From: an uncultured Bacilli bacterium
GTDB lineage: Bacteria; Bacillota_I; Bacilli_A; RF39; UBA660
Direction: 5' to 3'
DNA length: 64,000 nucleotides
Assembly: GCA_948999435.1 (NCBI GenBank)
Contig: CARJCM010000001.1
Span: forward strand, 27-64,026
Positions 51,027-61,352 of this stretch are shown here, piece by piece. A model generated the notes under the pieces. It made no database searches and was not told the origin of the DNA. It worked only from the letters and a program-made list of their open reading frames with translations. Within the stretch, counting starts at the first letter, position 1. Every line of letters starts with the position of its first letter. A program made the position numbers and the translations under genes.

Positions 51027-51614
51027 GTGATTAAAGTGAAACAAAATAAAATTAAATTAATATTGGCATCATTAATACTAATATTAGCATTATCTTCTTT
51101 GTTAGTATTATATAAAAATAGTTTGAATAAAAATGACTCTGATTTAGATGATAATTTATATTTTAGAGATTTTATTATATATTATGATACAAATAATGAC
51201 GCATGGAAAAGATTCTTTTATCAATTACCATATAGAATAGAACTTGCTAAAACTACTTTTGATATTAAGTTAAATGATTCAAATGAAGAAGTAAGATATT
51301 ATGAATTTTCTAATCATAATTTATATTTTCTTGGTATAGAAGAAATATATCTTAATGAAGATGGTAAAATAATAACTTTAAAAGAAAAACTTGATTATGA
51401 TAAAGATTATTTAATTAAAATGCGAAACAATATGTATTATGATTATGGTATTTTTGATGGAGGAAGTACCGAGTATAATACTATTTACAATGATGCCTTT
51501 AATGAAAAGATAAAAATGTTTACTTGTAATAATATGACAAGTGGCAATAAAGATGTCCATATTGCGTCAATAGATAAAGACATAATGTATGATAGTTGCG
51601 TAAAGCAAAAGTAG
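51027..51614 (+). CDS. Hypothetical secreted/membrane-anchored protein
   Basis: N-terminal hydrophobic signal/anchor. No recognisable domain. Confidence 0.45.
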   Translation: MIKVKQNKIKLILASLILILALSSLLVLYKNSLNKNDSDLDDNLYFRDFIIYYDTNNDAWKRFFYQLPYRIELAKTTFDIKLNDSNEEVRYYEFSNHNLYFLGIEEIYLNEDGKIITLKEKLDYDKDYLIKMRNNMYYDYGIFDGGSTEYNTIYNDAFNEKIKMFTCNNMTSGNKDVHIASIDKDIMYDSCVKQK

Positions 51615-51930
51615 TAATATTGTTTGTTACTATTTTGAGAACTGCACATATTTAAAAAAATAAATAAAATTATAAATTAAGGTTTCTCATAGTTAGAAAC
51701 TTTTTTTATCAATAAAATTATTTAGGATAAAAGTAAAATATATAATAAATTATAATATACAGGAAATAATAAGAAAAAAGAAATATATACATTAAGGTTA
51801 TTATATGATAAAATAAGTCTTAGATAAATTATCTAGAATTAATTAATATTTTGTAAAATTATATCAACACATAATTATTAAGATTAATTTTTTATAAATA
51901 ATTAGAGTAACTAAAAATTAGGAGGGCAAT

Positions 51931-52281
51931 ATGTTTAAATTAGTATCAAAATTTGAACCATCAGGAGACCAACCAGAAGCAATTAAAGAACTTGTAGAAG
52001 GAATTAAAGAAGGCAAGAAAGAGCAAGTTTTACTAGGAGCAACAGGAACTGGTAAGACTTTTACAATTGCTAATGTTATTAAAGAAGTCAATAAACCAAC
52101 TTTAGTTTTAGCGCATAATAAAACTCTAGCTGGACAACTTTATTCAGAATTAAAAGAATTCTTCCCTGATAATCACGTTGAGTATTTTGTTAGTTATTAT
52201 GATTACTCCCAAAAAAGTGACTTATTTAGGCTTAATTTGTGTGATTTAATTTATTTCAAAAATCTAAATAAACCTAGATAA
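51931..52281 (+). pseudogene. uvrB: uvrB 5' fragment (first ~92 codons), interrupted by a mobile-element insertion
   Basis: [92 protein letters not shown] is near-identical to the UvrB N-terminus (Walker A GATGTGKT). Homology is lost after ...YYDY(S)Q at ~52207-52213 and the frame stops at 52281. Confidence 0.8.
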
Positions 52282-52411
52282 AATCAAGTAACAGACATAT
52301 AATATGTGGCCGATTGTAGTCCAAATTCGTACAATACTTTAATAAACATATAATATAATATTGATATGATAATAGTCTTATAATATAATAAGCAAATGAA
52401 AGGGAATTAAA

Positions 52412-53062
52412 ATGAAATATTTAACAATATTAAAGATAAATAGTAAATATAGAGTAGATGCTTTATCAACGATGTTTTGTTGTTCTGAATCAAAAGAAAA
52501 TGATTATCTTGTTAAAGGCGTATTAAAAGTAAAGAATCCAAAAGGACAACTAAGAGAAGATGAAGAAATAGTAGTAATAGAAAATCCAAATAATCTAAGC
52601 AAAAAAGATTTTCTTAAATTATTTAATATAGCTGATTCAGAAAACATCCAAATGATAGTTATTCCTGATTATATATTAGAATGTGGTGAATTAATTCCAT
52701 TTAATGATTATAAAAATAATTATAAAGAACAAGTGAAAATAAAAAGCAAACAAGCTATGATTAAAAGTAAAGCTAGAAAAGATATTGAAAACAATAAAAA
52801 ATTAACTGAAAAGCAGATAAATGAACTATGTGAAATATATCATTGTTCAAAAGATGATAGTATTGATATATTATCCTATTTAGAATATTGCTTATTTTAC
52901 AAAACCAACGGAAAGCTCAATGATTGCTTTAGTCAGATTAGTAATATAAGATATAGAGATTTTGATGAGAAAGAAATTAAAATAAAAGAAAAAGATAGCA
53001 CAAACTTAAATAGAAGGATAGGAATATCAAAAGACATAGCCAAAAAGTACTATTGCCGTTAA
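52412..53062 (+). CDS. Hypothetical protein (element-borne)
   Basis: ORF with RBS GAAAGGGAA. No recognisable domain. Confidence 0.45.
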   Translation: MKYLTILKINSKYRVDALSTMFCCSESKENDYLVKGVLKVKNPKGQLREDEEIVVIENPNNLSKKDFLKLFNIADSENIQMIVIPDYILECGELIPFNDYKNNYKEQVKIKSKQAMIKSKARKDIENNKKLTEKQINELCEIYHCSKDDSIDILSYLEYCLFYKTNGKLNDCFSQISNIRYRDFDEKEIKIKEKDSTNLNRRIGISKDIAKKYYCR

Positions 53063-53151
53063 AAATAAACTGATTAAATTCAGTTTTTTTAATGCTATTA
53101 TACATAGCCATTTTAATTAATGGCAAGAAATGTTAGAGAGGAGATGAAAAA

Positions 53152-53976
53152 TTGAAAGATTGCGAAGTAATAGCAGTTGCAAACCAAAAAGGTGGTGTAG
53201 GAAAAACGACAACGGTCTTTAATTTAGGTGTAGCGCTTGCTAAAGAAGGTAAAAGAGTATTGCTAATTGATGGTGATCCACAAGGAAATCTAACAACGTA
53301 TATGGGATTTGATAGTCCTGATGATTTAAAAGTTACTCTAAGTACAATCATGCTGAATGAAATTAATAATGATGATAGCAATATTAAAGAGTCAGTACTA
53401 CATCATAAGGAAAATATAGATTTAATTCCTTCAGATTTAGAATTGTCATCATTAGAGTTCTCATTAGTAAATGCAATGTGTCGTGAAAGTACAATGAAGA
53501 AATCATTATGTCATTTAAAAAGAGAATATGATTATATTCTAATTGATTGTCAACCATCGCTTGGAATACTAACAATAAATGCCTTAGCTTTTGCTAATAG
53601 AGTCATTATACCAACTCAAGGACATTATTTTTCAGCTAAAGGTATGACAGAATTGATTAAAACGATTAAAAGAATAAATAGGAAAATTAATTCGGATTTA
53701 ATTATTGACGGCGTGTTATTTACTATGATAGATAATAGAACTAATTTATCAAAGGAATTAAAATCTGATTTAATAACTAATTATGGGAGTAAAATTCACT
53801 TTTATAATTCACAAATACCAATGGCAATAAAAACAGCAGAATCAACAGCTTATGCCAAAAGCATATTTGAATATGACAAAAATAGCAAAGTAGCAATAGC
53901 TTATACTTCATTAGCAAAGGAGATATTAGAAGATGAGAGAAGAAGAACAAAAAAAGAAACTGCCATCGTTAGATGA
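53152..53976 (+). CDS. parA: ParA/Soj-family partition ATPase
   Basis: Deviant Walker A ANQKGGVGKTTT. Confidence 0.85.
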   Translation: MKDCEVIAVANQKGGVGKTTTVFNLGVALAKEGKRVLLIDGDPQGNLTTYMGFDSPDDLKVTLSTIMLNEINNDDSNIKESVLHHKENIDLIPSDLELSSLEFSLVNAMCRESTMKKSLCHLKREYDYILIDCQPSLGILTINALAFANRVIIPTQGHYFSAKGMTELIKTIKRINRKINSDLIIDGVLFTMIDNRTNLSKELKSDLITNYGSKIHFYNSQIPMAIKTAESTAYAKSIFEYDKNSKVAIAYTSLAKEILEDERRRTKKETAIVR

Positions 53977-54889
53977 ATTATTTTCTACTGAGGAAGAAAG
54001 GCAAGAAAATAACATAGAGAAAGTTGTAGACATTCCTATTTCAAAAATACAAGACTTTAAAAATCATCCATTTAAAGTTGAAGAAAATGAAGAACTGATT
54101 AGTATGTCTGAAAGCATAGCAAAGTATGGCGTATTAGAACCAGCAGTAGTTAGGCCTTTAAATGATGGAACTTATGAAATGATATCAGGACATAGAAGAA
54201 AAAAAGCAAGTACTATGGTAGGTAAAGAAACTATTAGATGTATTGTAAAAGAATTAAGCGATGATGAAGCTACAATAATAATGGTTGATAGTAATATTCA
54301 ACGTGAGAAAGTGTTACCTTCAGAAAAAGCCTTTGCATATAAAATGAGATTAGAAGCAGAAAAACACCAAGGTAGAAAGATTGAAATATCTTTGTGCCAA
54401 GTTGGCACGAAGTTAAGAAGTGATGCTATTCTAGCTCAACAATTAAATGAAAGTGCAAGAAATATTCATAGATACATTAGATTAACAAACCTTATACCTG
54501 AAATCTTAGAAATGGTGGATAATGGAATAATTGCACTAACACCAGCAGTGGATATCTCTTATTTAGAAATAGATGAGCAAGCAGTATTACTAGATGTAAT
54601 GGGATATAATGGTTGTACACCCAGTGTATCACAAGCTAAGCAAATAAAATATTTAAGTGAAAAAGGAGAATTTGAAGAATCAAAAGTAAAAAAAATATTA
54701 AACCAAGCTAAACCTAATCAAATTGAAAGGATACACCTAGATAAAAAGAAAATTAGCCAAGTACTGCCAAAGTTAAAGGATGACAAAGTAGAAGATTATA
54801 TTTACCAAGCTATTATTTTTTACAATAAACATTTAGAACATCAAAAATTAATAGATAAAAAAGTTAAATTATCCGAACAAGTTAGATAA
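53933..54889 (+). CDS. parB: ParB/Spo0J-like nuclease-domain protein
   Basis: ParB N-terminal GHRRKKAS box, HTH region. Overlaps parA. Confidence 0.75.
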   Translation: MREEEQKKKLPSLDELFSTEEERQENNIEKVVDIPISKIQDFKNHPFKVEENEELISMSESIAKYGVLEPAVVRPLNDGTYEMISGHRRKKASTMVGKETIRCIVKELSDDEATIIMVDSNIQREKVLPSEKAFAYKMRLEAEKHQGRKIEISLCQVGTKLRSDAILAQQLNESARNIHRYIRLTNLIPEILEMVDNGIIALTPAVDISYLEIDEQAVLLDVMGYNGCTPSVSQAKQIKYLSEKGEFEESKVKKILNQAKPNQIERIHLDKKKISQVLPKLKDDKVEDYIYQAIIFYNKHLEHQKLIDKKVKLSEQVR

Positions 54890-55027
54890 TGGGAGTATTA
54901 TTTCCACATCCCTCCTATAACCTCCCTATAATATATATACTAACTGAAAATACTAACTGAAAAAATATTATAGAATTGCAATATAAAATAAAATATATTA
55001 CACTACGTACCAAAAGGAGAGATTTTA

Positions 55028-55780
55028 ATGAAATTAAAATTAATTTTGATATTTGTAAGCAGTTTAATAGTTTTCAGCTTTGTATTTTTATTAGGTACAA
55101 AAAATAATAAACTAAATTCTTTTTATGTAGAAAGGACTGATAATAGTGAACAAATATATGCTTCGGATGGTTATGACATAGAAAAATCAAAAGACATTAC
55201 AACTCAAAATGAATCTAGTGTAATATTAGAACCTGAGCATCAAAATGATCCAACAAAGATTAATCAAAGTAATTCTGATGGAAAAACAGAAAAGAGTGCA
55301 GAATCAAACACAAATGTAAAAAAGAACAATAAGGGTAATGTGAATGTAAAAGAGACAACTACACCAAATGATGATAAAAAGGTTTCTAAGCCAAATAATC
55401 AAAGTACAGAAGTTACAAAAAATGAAGTAACACAAAAGGATGAAAATTTAAAAAACGATTCTACAAATTCAAATGTTTCTAATAATTCGCAAGAAAAGAG
55501 TGTTGTATCAACAAAGTTTTATGAATCCATAACTGGAGGCAAAAAAGAATTTTCTTCAGAGAGTGAAGCTTTTGCACGTGGACAAGAAATAAAATCAAAA
55601 GAGCTTGATTATGTTTTGGATTACAATGAAACACATCCAGAAAATCCTATTAAACCTGATATAAGATATTTCAGAGTTTATCCATCTGTCATAGATGAGA
55701 ATGGAAAATACTGGTATTATTTACACTTTTTCTGTGATAGTGGAGAAGGTAATGATTCAAAACTAAAAAGCAAGTTTTAA
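55028..55780 (+). CDS. Secreted low-complexity protein (signal peptide, S/T/N/K-rich)
   Basis: N-terminal signal/TM. Compositionally biased. Confidence 0.45.
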   Translation: MKLKLILIFVSSLIVFSFVFLLGTKNNKLNSFYVERTDNSEQIYASDGYDIEKSKDITTQNESSVILEPEHQNDPTKINQSNSDGKTEKSAESNTNVKKNNKGNVNVKETTTPNDDKKVSKPNNQSTEVTKNEVTQKDENLKNDSTNSNVSNNSQEKSVVSTKFYESITGGKKEFSSESEAFARGQEIKSKELDYVLDYNETHPENPIKPDIRYFRVYPSVIDENGKYWYYLHFFCDSGEGNDSKLKSKF

Positions 55781-55840
55781 GTAACTCAAAAATGAGTTGC
55801 TTTTTATATCTAAAGAAATATAATTGAAAGGGGAAAGATA

Positions 55841-58579
55841 ATGAAAAATATAGATAGATTTCTAGTTTTAATACTAGGAATTTTTTTATGCTTTACAATG
55901 AAATTAGAAAAAGTAAAGGCAGCAAATATAACTGAAGTTGAAAGTGGTTATATGTATGAAAGGCAAAGTTATGAGGGGGAATATAAATCTCATTTATCTG
56001 ATAAATTTAAGTTTTATTATGTAGAAGGACAAGTTTCATATTGTATAGAACTATTAATGAAACCAGGTAGCCCAATATATGAAGCAGATTGGGAAGCTAC
56101 AAAACTTCCAAATGAGATAAAAGAAAAGCTGATTCTAACTGCTTATTATGGATACACATATCCAGGGCATCAAACAACTGCCTATAGAGCAGCAACACAA
56201 GGTATGATCTGGAAATTATTGATGGGAGAGGGATCATGGATTAAATATAGCACTGATTATTGGGGCAAAGGAAGACTATTAGATGTTTCAAGTGAAGAAG
56301 CAGAAATTGAAAGACTTATAGCTAGTCACTATATTAGACCATCCTTTGATGGAGGAGTTTACAAAGTCCAAAAAGGACAAACTCTTACTTTAACAGATAC
56401 TAATAATGTTTTAACAGACTACAAAATTACTGTTAGTGGCGCTGATTATGAAGTAAATGGAAATAAATTAACAATTAAACCTATTAAAAATGGTACTATT
56501 GATGTGTCTTTTGAAAAGAATGCACCTTATTCAACAAATTATAAGTTGTTTGTTGGAGATGCACAACAAAATATGATTGTACCAGGTACAAGTGATCCAG
56601 TAGAAGCAAGAATTAGAATAAATAGTTTTAGTGGTTCAGTAGAAGGATATAAAACTGATGATGAAACCATAACTCCACAAGGCCAAGCAACTTTAAAAGG
56701 CGCTGAATATGGTGTTTATGAAGCAGCCACAGGAAAATTGATAACAATTGTTACCACTGATGAAAATGGCTATTTCAAAAGTGATAATATACTTGAAAAT
56801 AAAGAGTATTATTTGCAAGAGATAAAACCTAGCTTGGGCTATGAGTTAGACAGAACAAGATATAATTTTGACATGTCTGATAAAGAAACTATAAGAGTGG
56901 ATGTTGTAGAAAAAGTTATAAAAAATTATATCAGTGTTCTTAAGCAATATGAATTTGTTAATGGTAATACAACTTTTCTAAATGCTGAAGAAGGAATAAG
57001 TTTTGAAATACAATATCCAGATGGTAGTCTATTTGATACTATCATAACTGATGAAAATGGTTATGCTTCAGTAAGCCTTCCATATGGAAAATGGAAGTTT
57101 CATCAATTAAATACCCATGATGGATATGAAAAAATTTATGACTTTTATATTAATGTTGATGAAAACACTGAAAAAGAGCAATATTACAATATTCTAAATA
57201 ATGCGTTAAGCGCTTATTTGAAGGTTATTAAAGTTGATGAAGAAACTGGAAAGACTATTGCTATCGCAGATACAACTTTTAAGATATTTAATATAGATAC
57301 AAATCAATATGTATCTCAGTTTGTTTCTGGTAAAATAATTAGTGAATTTAAAACTGATGAGAATGGTATTTTAGTAACTCCTTTAAAATTAGCAGCAGGC
57401 AATTATAGACTAATTGAAGTCTCAAGTCCAACTGGATATCTAATAGACAAAGATGGTTTAAACTTTACTATAGGAAATGATACAAATTATGATTATACCA
57501 CCTATGGAGCTTTTATCACTATAACTTATAAGAATGCGCCAATAAAAGGAAAAATTGAAATATATAAAACTGGGGAAGATATGATTATTAGTGAAGGCGA
57601 GTTTATCTATGGTACTAAAGAATTAAGTGGTGTTATTTTTGAAATTTACGCTGAAGAAGACATTATGTCATCTGATAAGAATCACTTATATTTTAAAAAA
57701 GGAGACTTAGTAGATACAATTACTTCTAATGAGGCAGGATATGCAGTAAGTAAATTGCTTCCACTTGGCAAGTATTATTTTATTGAAGTAGCAACAAATG
57801 ACTCCTATGTTTTAGATACAAATAAGCATTATTTTACTTTAAAAGAAGTTGATGATAAAACAGCTATTGTTTATGAATCATATAGTGCATTAAATTATCT
57901 TAAAAAGGGAACTTTAGAATTTACTAAAACGGATCTAATAACAGGAAATGTTATAGCAGATACCATAATAGAAATTTACACACAGAATAATGAATTAATT
58001 TTTACTGGAAAAACAGATATTAATGGTCAAATTGTTATTAATGATTTAAAAATTGGAAAATACTATATTGTAGAAAAGCAACCCACTACAGGTTATATAC
58101 TAACTTCTGAAAAAGTTTACTTTGAATTAAAAGAAAATGGAGAAGTAATCAAAGCTGAAATGAAAAATATGCCAATAACATCTACTTTAAAGTTTTCCAA
58201 AAAAGATTCTATAACTGGCAATCTGTTACCAAATGCTGTAATTGAGATTTATAAAGATAATGGAGAATTATATGCTACAGCTATTACAAATGAAAATGGA
58301 GAAATCGTCATAGATAATATTCCTTATGGGAAATATTATATTGTTGAAACTCAAGCGCCAATGGGTTATATGATTAATTCAGAGAAACTCTATTTTGAAA
58401 TTAAGAATGATAAAGAAGAGGTAAATGTAACTATGATTGATGAACCAGTAATTATCACAGATGTTCCACAAACATACACAAAAGGTAATTATGTTTTAGA
58501 TATTATTGGATTCACATTATGTATATTAGGAATATTAGGAATAGGAGTTGATCTTCATAAAAAATATAAAAAAAGGTAA
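55841..58579 (+). CDS. Thioester-domain (TED) surface adhesin with CnaB/SpaA-type isopeptide repeats and C-terminal sorting signal/TM
   Basis: Signal peptide. YCIE...TQGMIW (Cys/Gln thioester motifs). Five or more ...GKYYIVE.QAP.GY...SEK.YFE CnaB-like repeats. C-terminal DVPQTYT + hydrophobic + KKYKKR. Confidence 0.65.
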   Translation: MKNIDRFLVLILGIFLCFTMKLEKVKAANITEVESGYMYERQSYEGEYKSHLSDKFKFYYVEGQVSYCIELLMKPGSPIYEADWEATKLPNEIKEKLILTAYYGYTYPGHQTTAYRAATQGMIWKLLMGEGSWIKYSTDYWGKGRLLDVSSEEAEIERLIASHYIRPSFDGGVYKVQKGQTLTLTDTNNVLTDYKITVSGADYEVNGNKLTIKPIKNGTIDVSFEKNAPYSTNYKLFVGDAQQNMIVPGTSDPVEARIRINSFSGSVEGYKTDDETITPQGQATLKGAEYGVYEAATGKLITIVTTDENGYFKSDNILENKEYYLQEIKPSLGYELDRTRYNFDMSDKETIRVDVVEKVIKNYISVLKQYEFVNGNTTFLNAEEGISFEIQYPDGSLFDTIITDENGYASVSLPYGKWKFHQLNTHDGYEKIYDFYINVDENTEKEQYYNILNNALSAYLKVIKVDEETGKTIAIADTTFKIFNIDTNQYVSQFVSGKIISEFKTDENGILVTPLKLAAGNYRLIEVSSPTGYLIDKDGLNFTIGNDTNYDYTTYGAFITITYKNAPIKGKIEIYKTGEDMIISEGEFIYGTKELSGVIFEIYAEEDIMSSDKNHLYFKKGDLVDTITSNEAGYAVSKLLPLGKYYFIEVATNDSYVLDTNKHYFTLKEVDDKTAIVYESYSALNYLKKGTLEFTKTDLITGNVIADTIIEIYTQNNELIFTGKTDINGQIVINDLKIGKYYIVEKQPTTGYILTSEKVYFELKENGEVIKAEMKNMPITSTLKFSKKDSITGNLLPNAVIEIYKDNGELYATAITNENGEIVIDNIPYGKYYIVETQAPMGYMINSEKLYFEIKNDKEEVNVTMIDEPVIITDVPQTYTKGNYVLDIIGFTLCILGILGIGVDLHKKYKKR

Positions 58580-59174
58580 AAAAAATTTTATAAAATTAAG
58601 ATATTTATTACTAATATTAGGGATTTCTACTCTTTTATTAAAAGAAATAACTACATTTATAAAAATATATACGGAGCAGAAATCTATTGAAGTTTTTTAT
58701 AGCGAGCAGGAGAAAATAATAGAAACTCAAGAAATAAAAACACATGAAGAATTAACAACTAGCAAAGATAAACTACTAACTTATAATTATATAGCCATGT
58801 TAAAGATACCCAAAATTAACTTAGAGAGAGGCTTAGTATCACCAACTAGTATCCATAATAATGTAAATGAAAATATACAAATACTAAAAGAATCAGACTA
58901 TCCCGATAAAGAAAACGGAAATTTTATTTTAGCAAGCCACTCAGGTAGAGGCAAAACAGCATACTTTAAATATTTAAACAAACTAGAAATAGATGATAAA
59001 GTATATATTACTTTTAATGGTAAAGAGTATGAGTATAAAGTAATGAACTATTACGAAATTAATAAAAATGGAACTGCTCATATTATAAGAAATGCAGATG
59101 AAACAACATTAACATTAATTACTTGTATATCAAATACAAATAAACAAATAGTGTATATTTGTGAATTAATATAA
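58548..59174 (+). CDS. Sortase (class B-like)
   Basis: Catalytic TLITC motif, His in ASHSG, N-terminal TM. Adjacent to the putative substrate. Confidence 0.7.
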   Translation: MIFIKNIKKGKKNFIKLRYLLLILGISTLLLKEITTFIKIYTEQKSIEVFYSEQEKIIETQEIKTHEELTTSKDKLLTYNYIAMLKIPKINLERGLVSPTSIHNNVNENIQILKESDYPDKENGNFILASHSGRGKTAYFKYLNKLEIDDKVYITFNGKEYEYKVMNYYEINKNGTAHIIRNADETTLTLITCISNTNKQIVYICELI

Positions 59175-59185
59175 AGGAGAATAAA

Positions 59186-59422
59186 ATGGAAATTAAATAT
59201 AATTTAACTCAAGTAACTAAAACTTTAGAAAAGTTATTTACAGCAGGATTTAATACAGATAAACAGATTTTATCATTAAAATTAGAGGATTTAGAAAAAA
59301 TACCAAATTTACAATCGGCAGAGACCTTTATAATTATAAAATTTAAAGAAGCAGTTAAAAATAAACAAATAATTGCTTTCTTAAGTAATTATGGAGAATC
59401 AGGCAATGTCATTTCAAAGTAA
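59186..59422 (+). CDS. Hypothetical small protein
   Basis: ORF with AAGGAG RBS. Confidence 0.4.
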   Translation: MEIKYNLTQVTKTLEKLFTAGFNTDKQILSLKLEDLEKIPNLQSAETFIIIKFKEAVKNKQIIAFLSNYGESGNVISK

Positions 59423-59702
59423 ATTGCCACCGTTAGCTTTAAGATTATCTATAAACAAATATAATACTTTATTATTTATTTTAGATAATAGAAAAGATAA
59501 TATATCACTACAATTAAAAGATAAATATTTAAAATATATTTATTTAATTGATAAAGAATATCTTGAACTAAGACTTTATCCACAAGATGCAATTTATATA
59601 GTTAAACTTTTAATTGATGCCATAAATATAAATAGCAATATAAACTATTATAAAGAATTTCAAAAAAATAGATTAGAATTTATTAAAGGAGATGAATATT
59701 AG
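59391..59702 (+). CDS. Hypothetical small protein
   Basis: ORF only. Confidence 0.35.
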   Translation: MENQAMSFQSKLPPLALRLSINKYNTLLFILDNRKDNISLQLKDKYLKYIYLIDKEYLELRLYPQDAIYIVKLLIDAININSNINYYKEFQKNRLEFIKGDEY

Positions 59703-60051
59703 AATTATGAATAATGTAACTTTAGTTGGTAGATTAGTAAGAGATCCAGAAGTTAAGGAACTAAATGATGGAACTTGTAGAACTTTTATAACCATTGCAA
59801 TATCACGTGATTATCGCAATAGTGAAGGTGAAAGAGTAACTGATTTTATTAATTGTGTTTTATGGAACGGCGTAGCGAACGCTGCAAAAGATTATTGCCA
59901 TCAAGGAGATGTAGTAGGTATTAAAGGAAAATTACAATCTAGAAATTATGAAACAAGTGATAATGAAAAAAAGTATATTCTAGAAGTTGCAGTAGATAAA
60001 ATTACTTTCCTTTCAATAGATAAAATGAAGAATAAAGACAATGAGAGGTAG
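59692..60051 (+). CDS. ssb: Single-stranded DNA-binding protein (element-borne, short form)
   Basis: OB-fold SSB N-terminus NVTLVGRLVRDPEVKELNDGTCRTFITIA...W. Confidence 0.8.
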   Translation: MNIRIMNNVTLVGRLVRDPEVKELNDGTCRTFITIAISRDYRNSEGERVTDFINCVLWNGVANAAKDYCHQGDVVGIKGKLQSRNYETSDNEKKYILEVAVDKITFLSIDKMKNKDNER

Positions 60052-60060
60052 TAAATATTT

Positions 60061-60402
60061 ATGAATAATATAAAAGTTAGTGAAAAATTATATAAAAAAA
60101 TGGAATTAGAGTATAATGATTTTATTTTGGATTTAAAGAAACAAAGTAAAGAAAAAATTTTAGACAGTGCTTATGAGAAAATATTTAAAGAAGAAATGTT
60201 AAGTTTATTAATTCCTGATAATAGAGAATATAGTGAAGAAGAAATACAAGTATTATCTAAAATTAAAAAGCCATTAGATTTTTTATATAGAGAATGGCTA
60301 GATTTAGATATAAGTATAAATGATTTGCTTATGGAGAGTGTAGATTTAATACTATATGAAGAAAGTCGTAGAATGAAATCTAAAAATAAAGAAAGTAGGT
60401 AA
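60061..60402 (+). CDS. Hypothetical protein
   Basis: ORF only. Confidence 0.4.
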   Translation: MNNIKVSEKLYKKMELEYNDFILDLKKQSKEKILDSAYEKIFKEEMLSLLIPDNREYSEEEIQVLSKIKKPLDFLYREWLDLDISINDLLMESVDLILYEESRRMKSKNKESR

Positions 60403-60406
60403 TAAA

Positions 60407-61351
60407 ATGCCTTATTTTTCAACAGAAGCAATTAATAGTGTTAGGAATTTAGATTTATTAACATATTTAAGAAATTATGAACCTGAAGAATTGGTAAAGA
60501 TTTGTAGAGGCAATTATTGTACAAAAACACATGATAGTTTAAAAATAAGTAATGGAATGTGGTATTGGTTTTCTAGAGGAATTGGAGGAAAAAGTGCGTT
60601 GGATTATCTTGTAAAAGTAAGAGACTACTCCTTTACTGAAGCAGTAGAAAAAATATTAAAAGAATGCGATATAGATAATATTCAAAAAGTTGAGTATATA
60701 GACAAGAATGAAGATAGAGAATTTGAATTGCCAGAAAGAGCTTCAAATAATTATACAGCAATAAAATATTTAACTAATAGAGGGATAGATAAAGAAATCA
60801 TAAATGAGTGTATCAATAAGGGATTAATATATCAAGATATAGACAACAATGTAGTATTTGTGGGATATGATCAAAATAATATAGCTAAATATGCTAGTAT
60901 AAGAACTACAACTAATAGGAGATTTATGTATGAAGCATATAAAAGCAATAAAGCTTTTTCATTTCAGTTAGCCAATATAAAAGAATCAGAAAGTGTCCAT
61001 ATTTTTGAAAGCGCTATTGATCTTTTATCATATGCAACATTAGTGAAGATGAGTAATAAAAACTTAAATACAAATTTAATTTCTTTATCAGGAGTGTATC
61101 AACCACCAGAACAAATTGAAGATACTTTAATACCAATAGCACTAAATTATTATCTAAATATACATCCAAAAACAAAAAGAATTTTTTTACATTTAGATAA
61201 TGATTATACAGGAAAAAAGGCAAGTAATGCTTTAAGCTGTGTGATTCCAAAACGTTTTGAAGTCATTGATAGTCCACCACCAAATGGTAAAGATTACAAT
61301 GATTTTTTGTGTTATATAATAAATAAAAATTTAGATAAAGGAGAAAGATAA
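60407..61351 (+). CDS. DUF3991 + Toprim domain protein (conjugative-element primase-like)
   Basis: N-terminal CxxxxC...H region. Toprim acidic motifs (IFESAIDLLS ... LHLDNDYTG). Confidence 0.65.
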   Translation: MPYFSTEAINSVRNLDLLTYLRNYEPEELVKICRGNYCTKTHDSLKISNGMWYWFSRGIGGKSALDYLVKVRDYSFTEAVEKILKECDIDNIQKVEYIDKNEDREFELPERASNNYTAIKYLTNRGIDKEIINECINKGLIYQDIDNNVVFVGYDQNNIAKYASIRTTTNRRFMYEAYKSNKAFSFQLANIKESESVHIFESAIDLLSYATLVKMSNKNLNTNLISLSGVYQPPEQIEDTLIPIALNYYLNIHPKTKRIFLHLDNDYTGKKASNALSCVIPKRFEVIDSPPPNGKDYNDFLCYIINKNLDKGER

Positions 61352-61352
61352 A

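Noticed and set aside
53133-53575. Minus-strand ORFs 53133..53381 and 53384..53575
   Set aside because: Antisense to parA, which has a clear Walker A motif on the + strand.
54929-54966. Tandem direct repeat ATACTAACTGAAAA x2 between parB and the next gene
   Set aside because: Short (14 nt x2) in AT-rich intergenic DNA. Could be chance or a minor binding site. Not enough to call.
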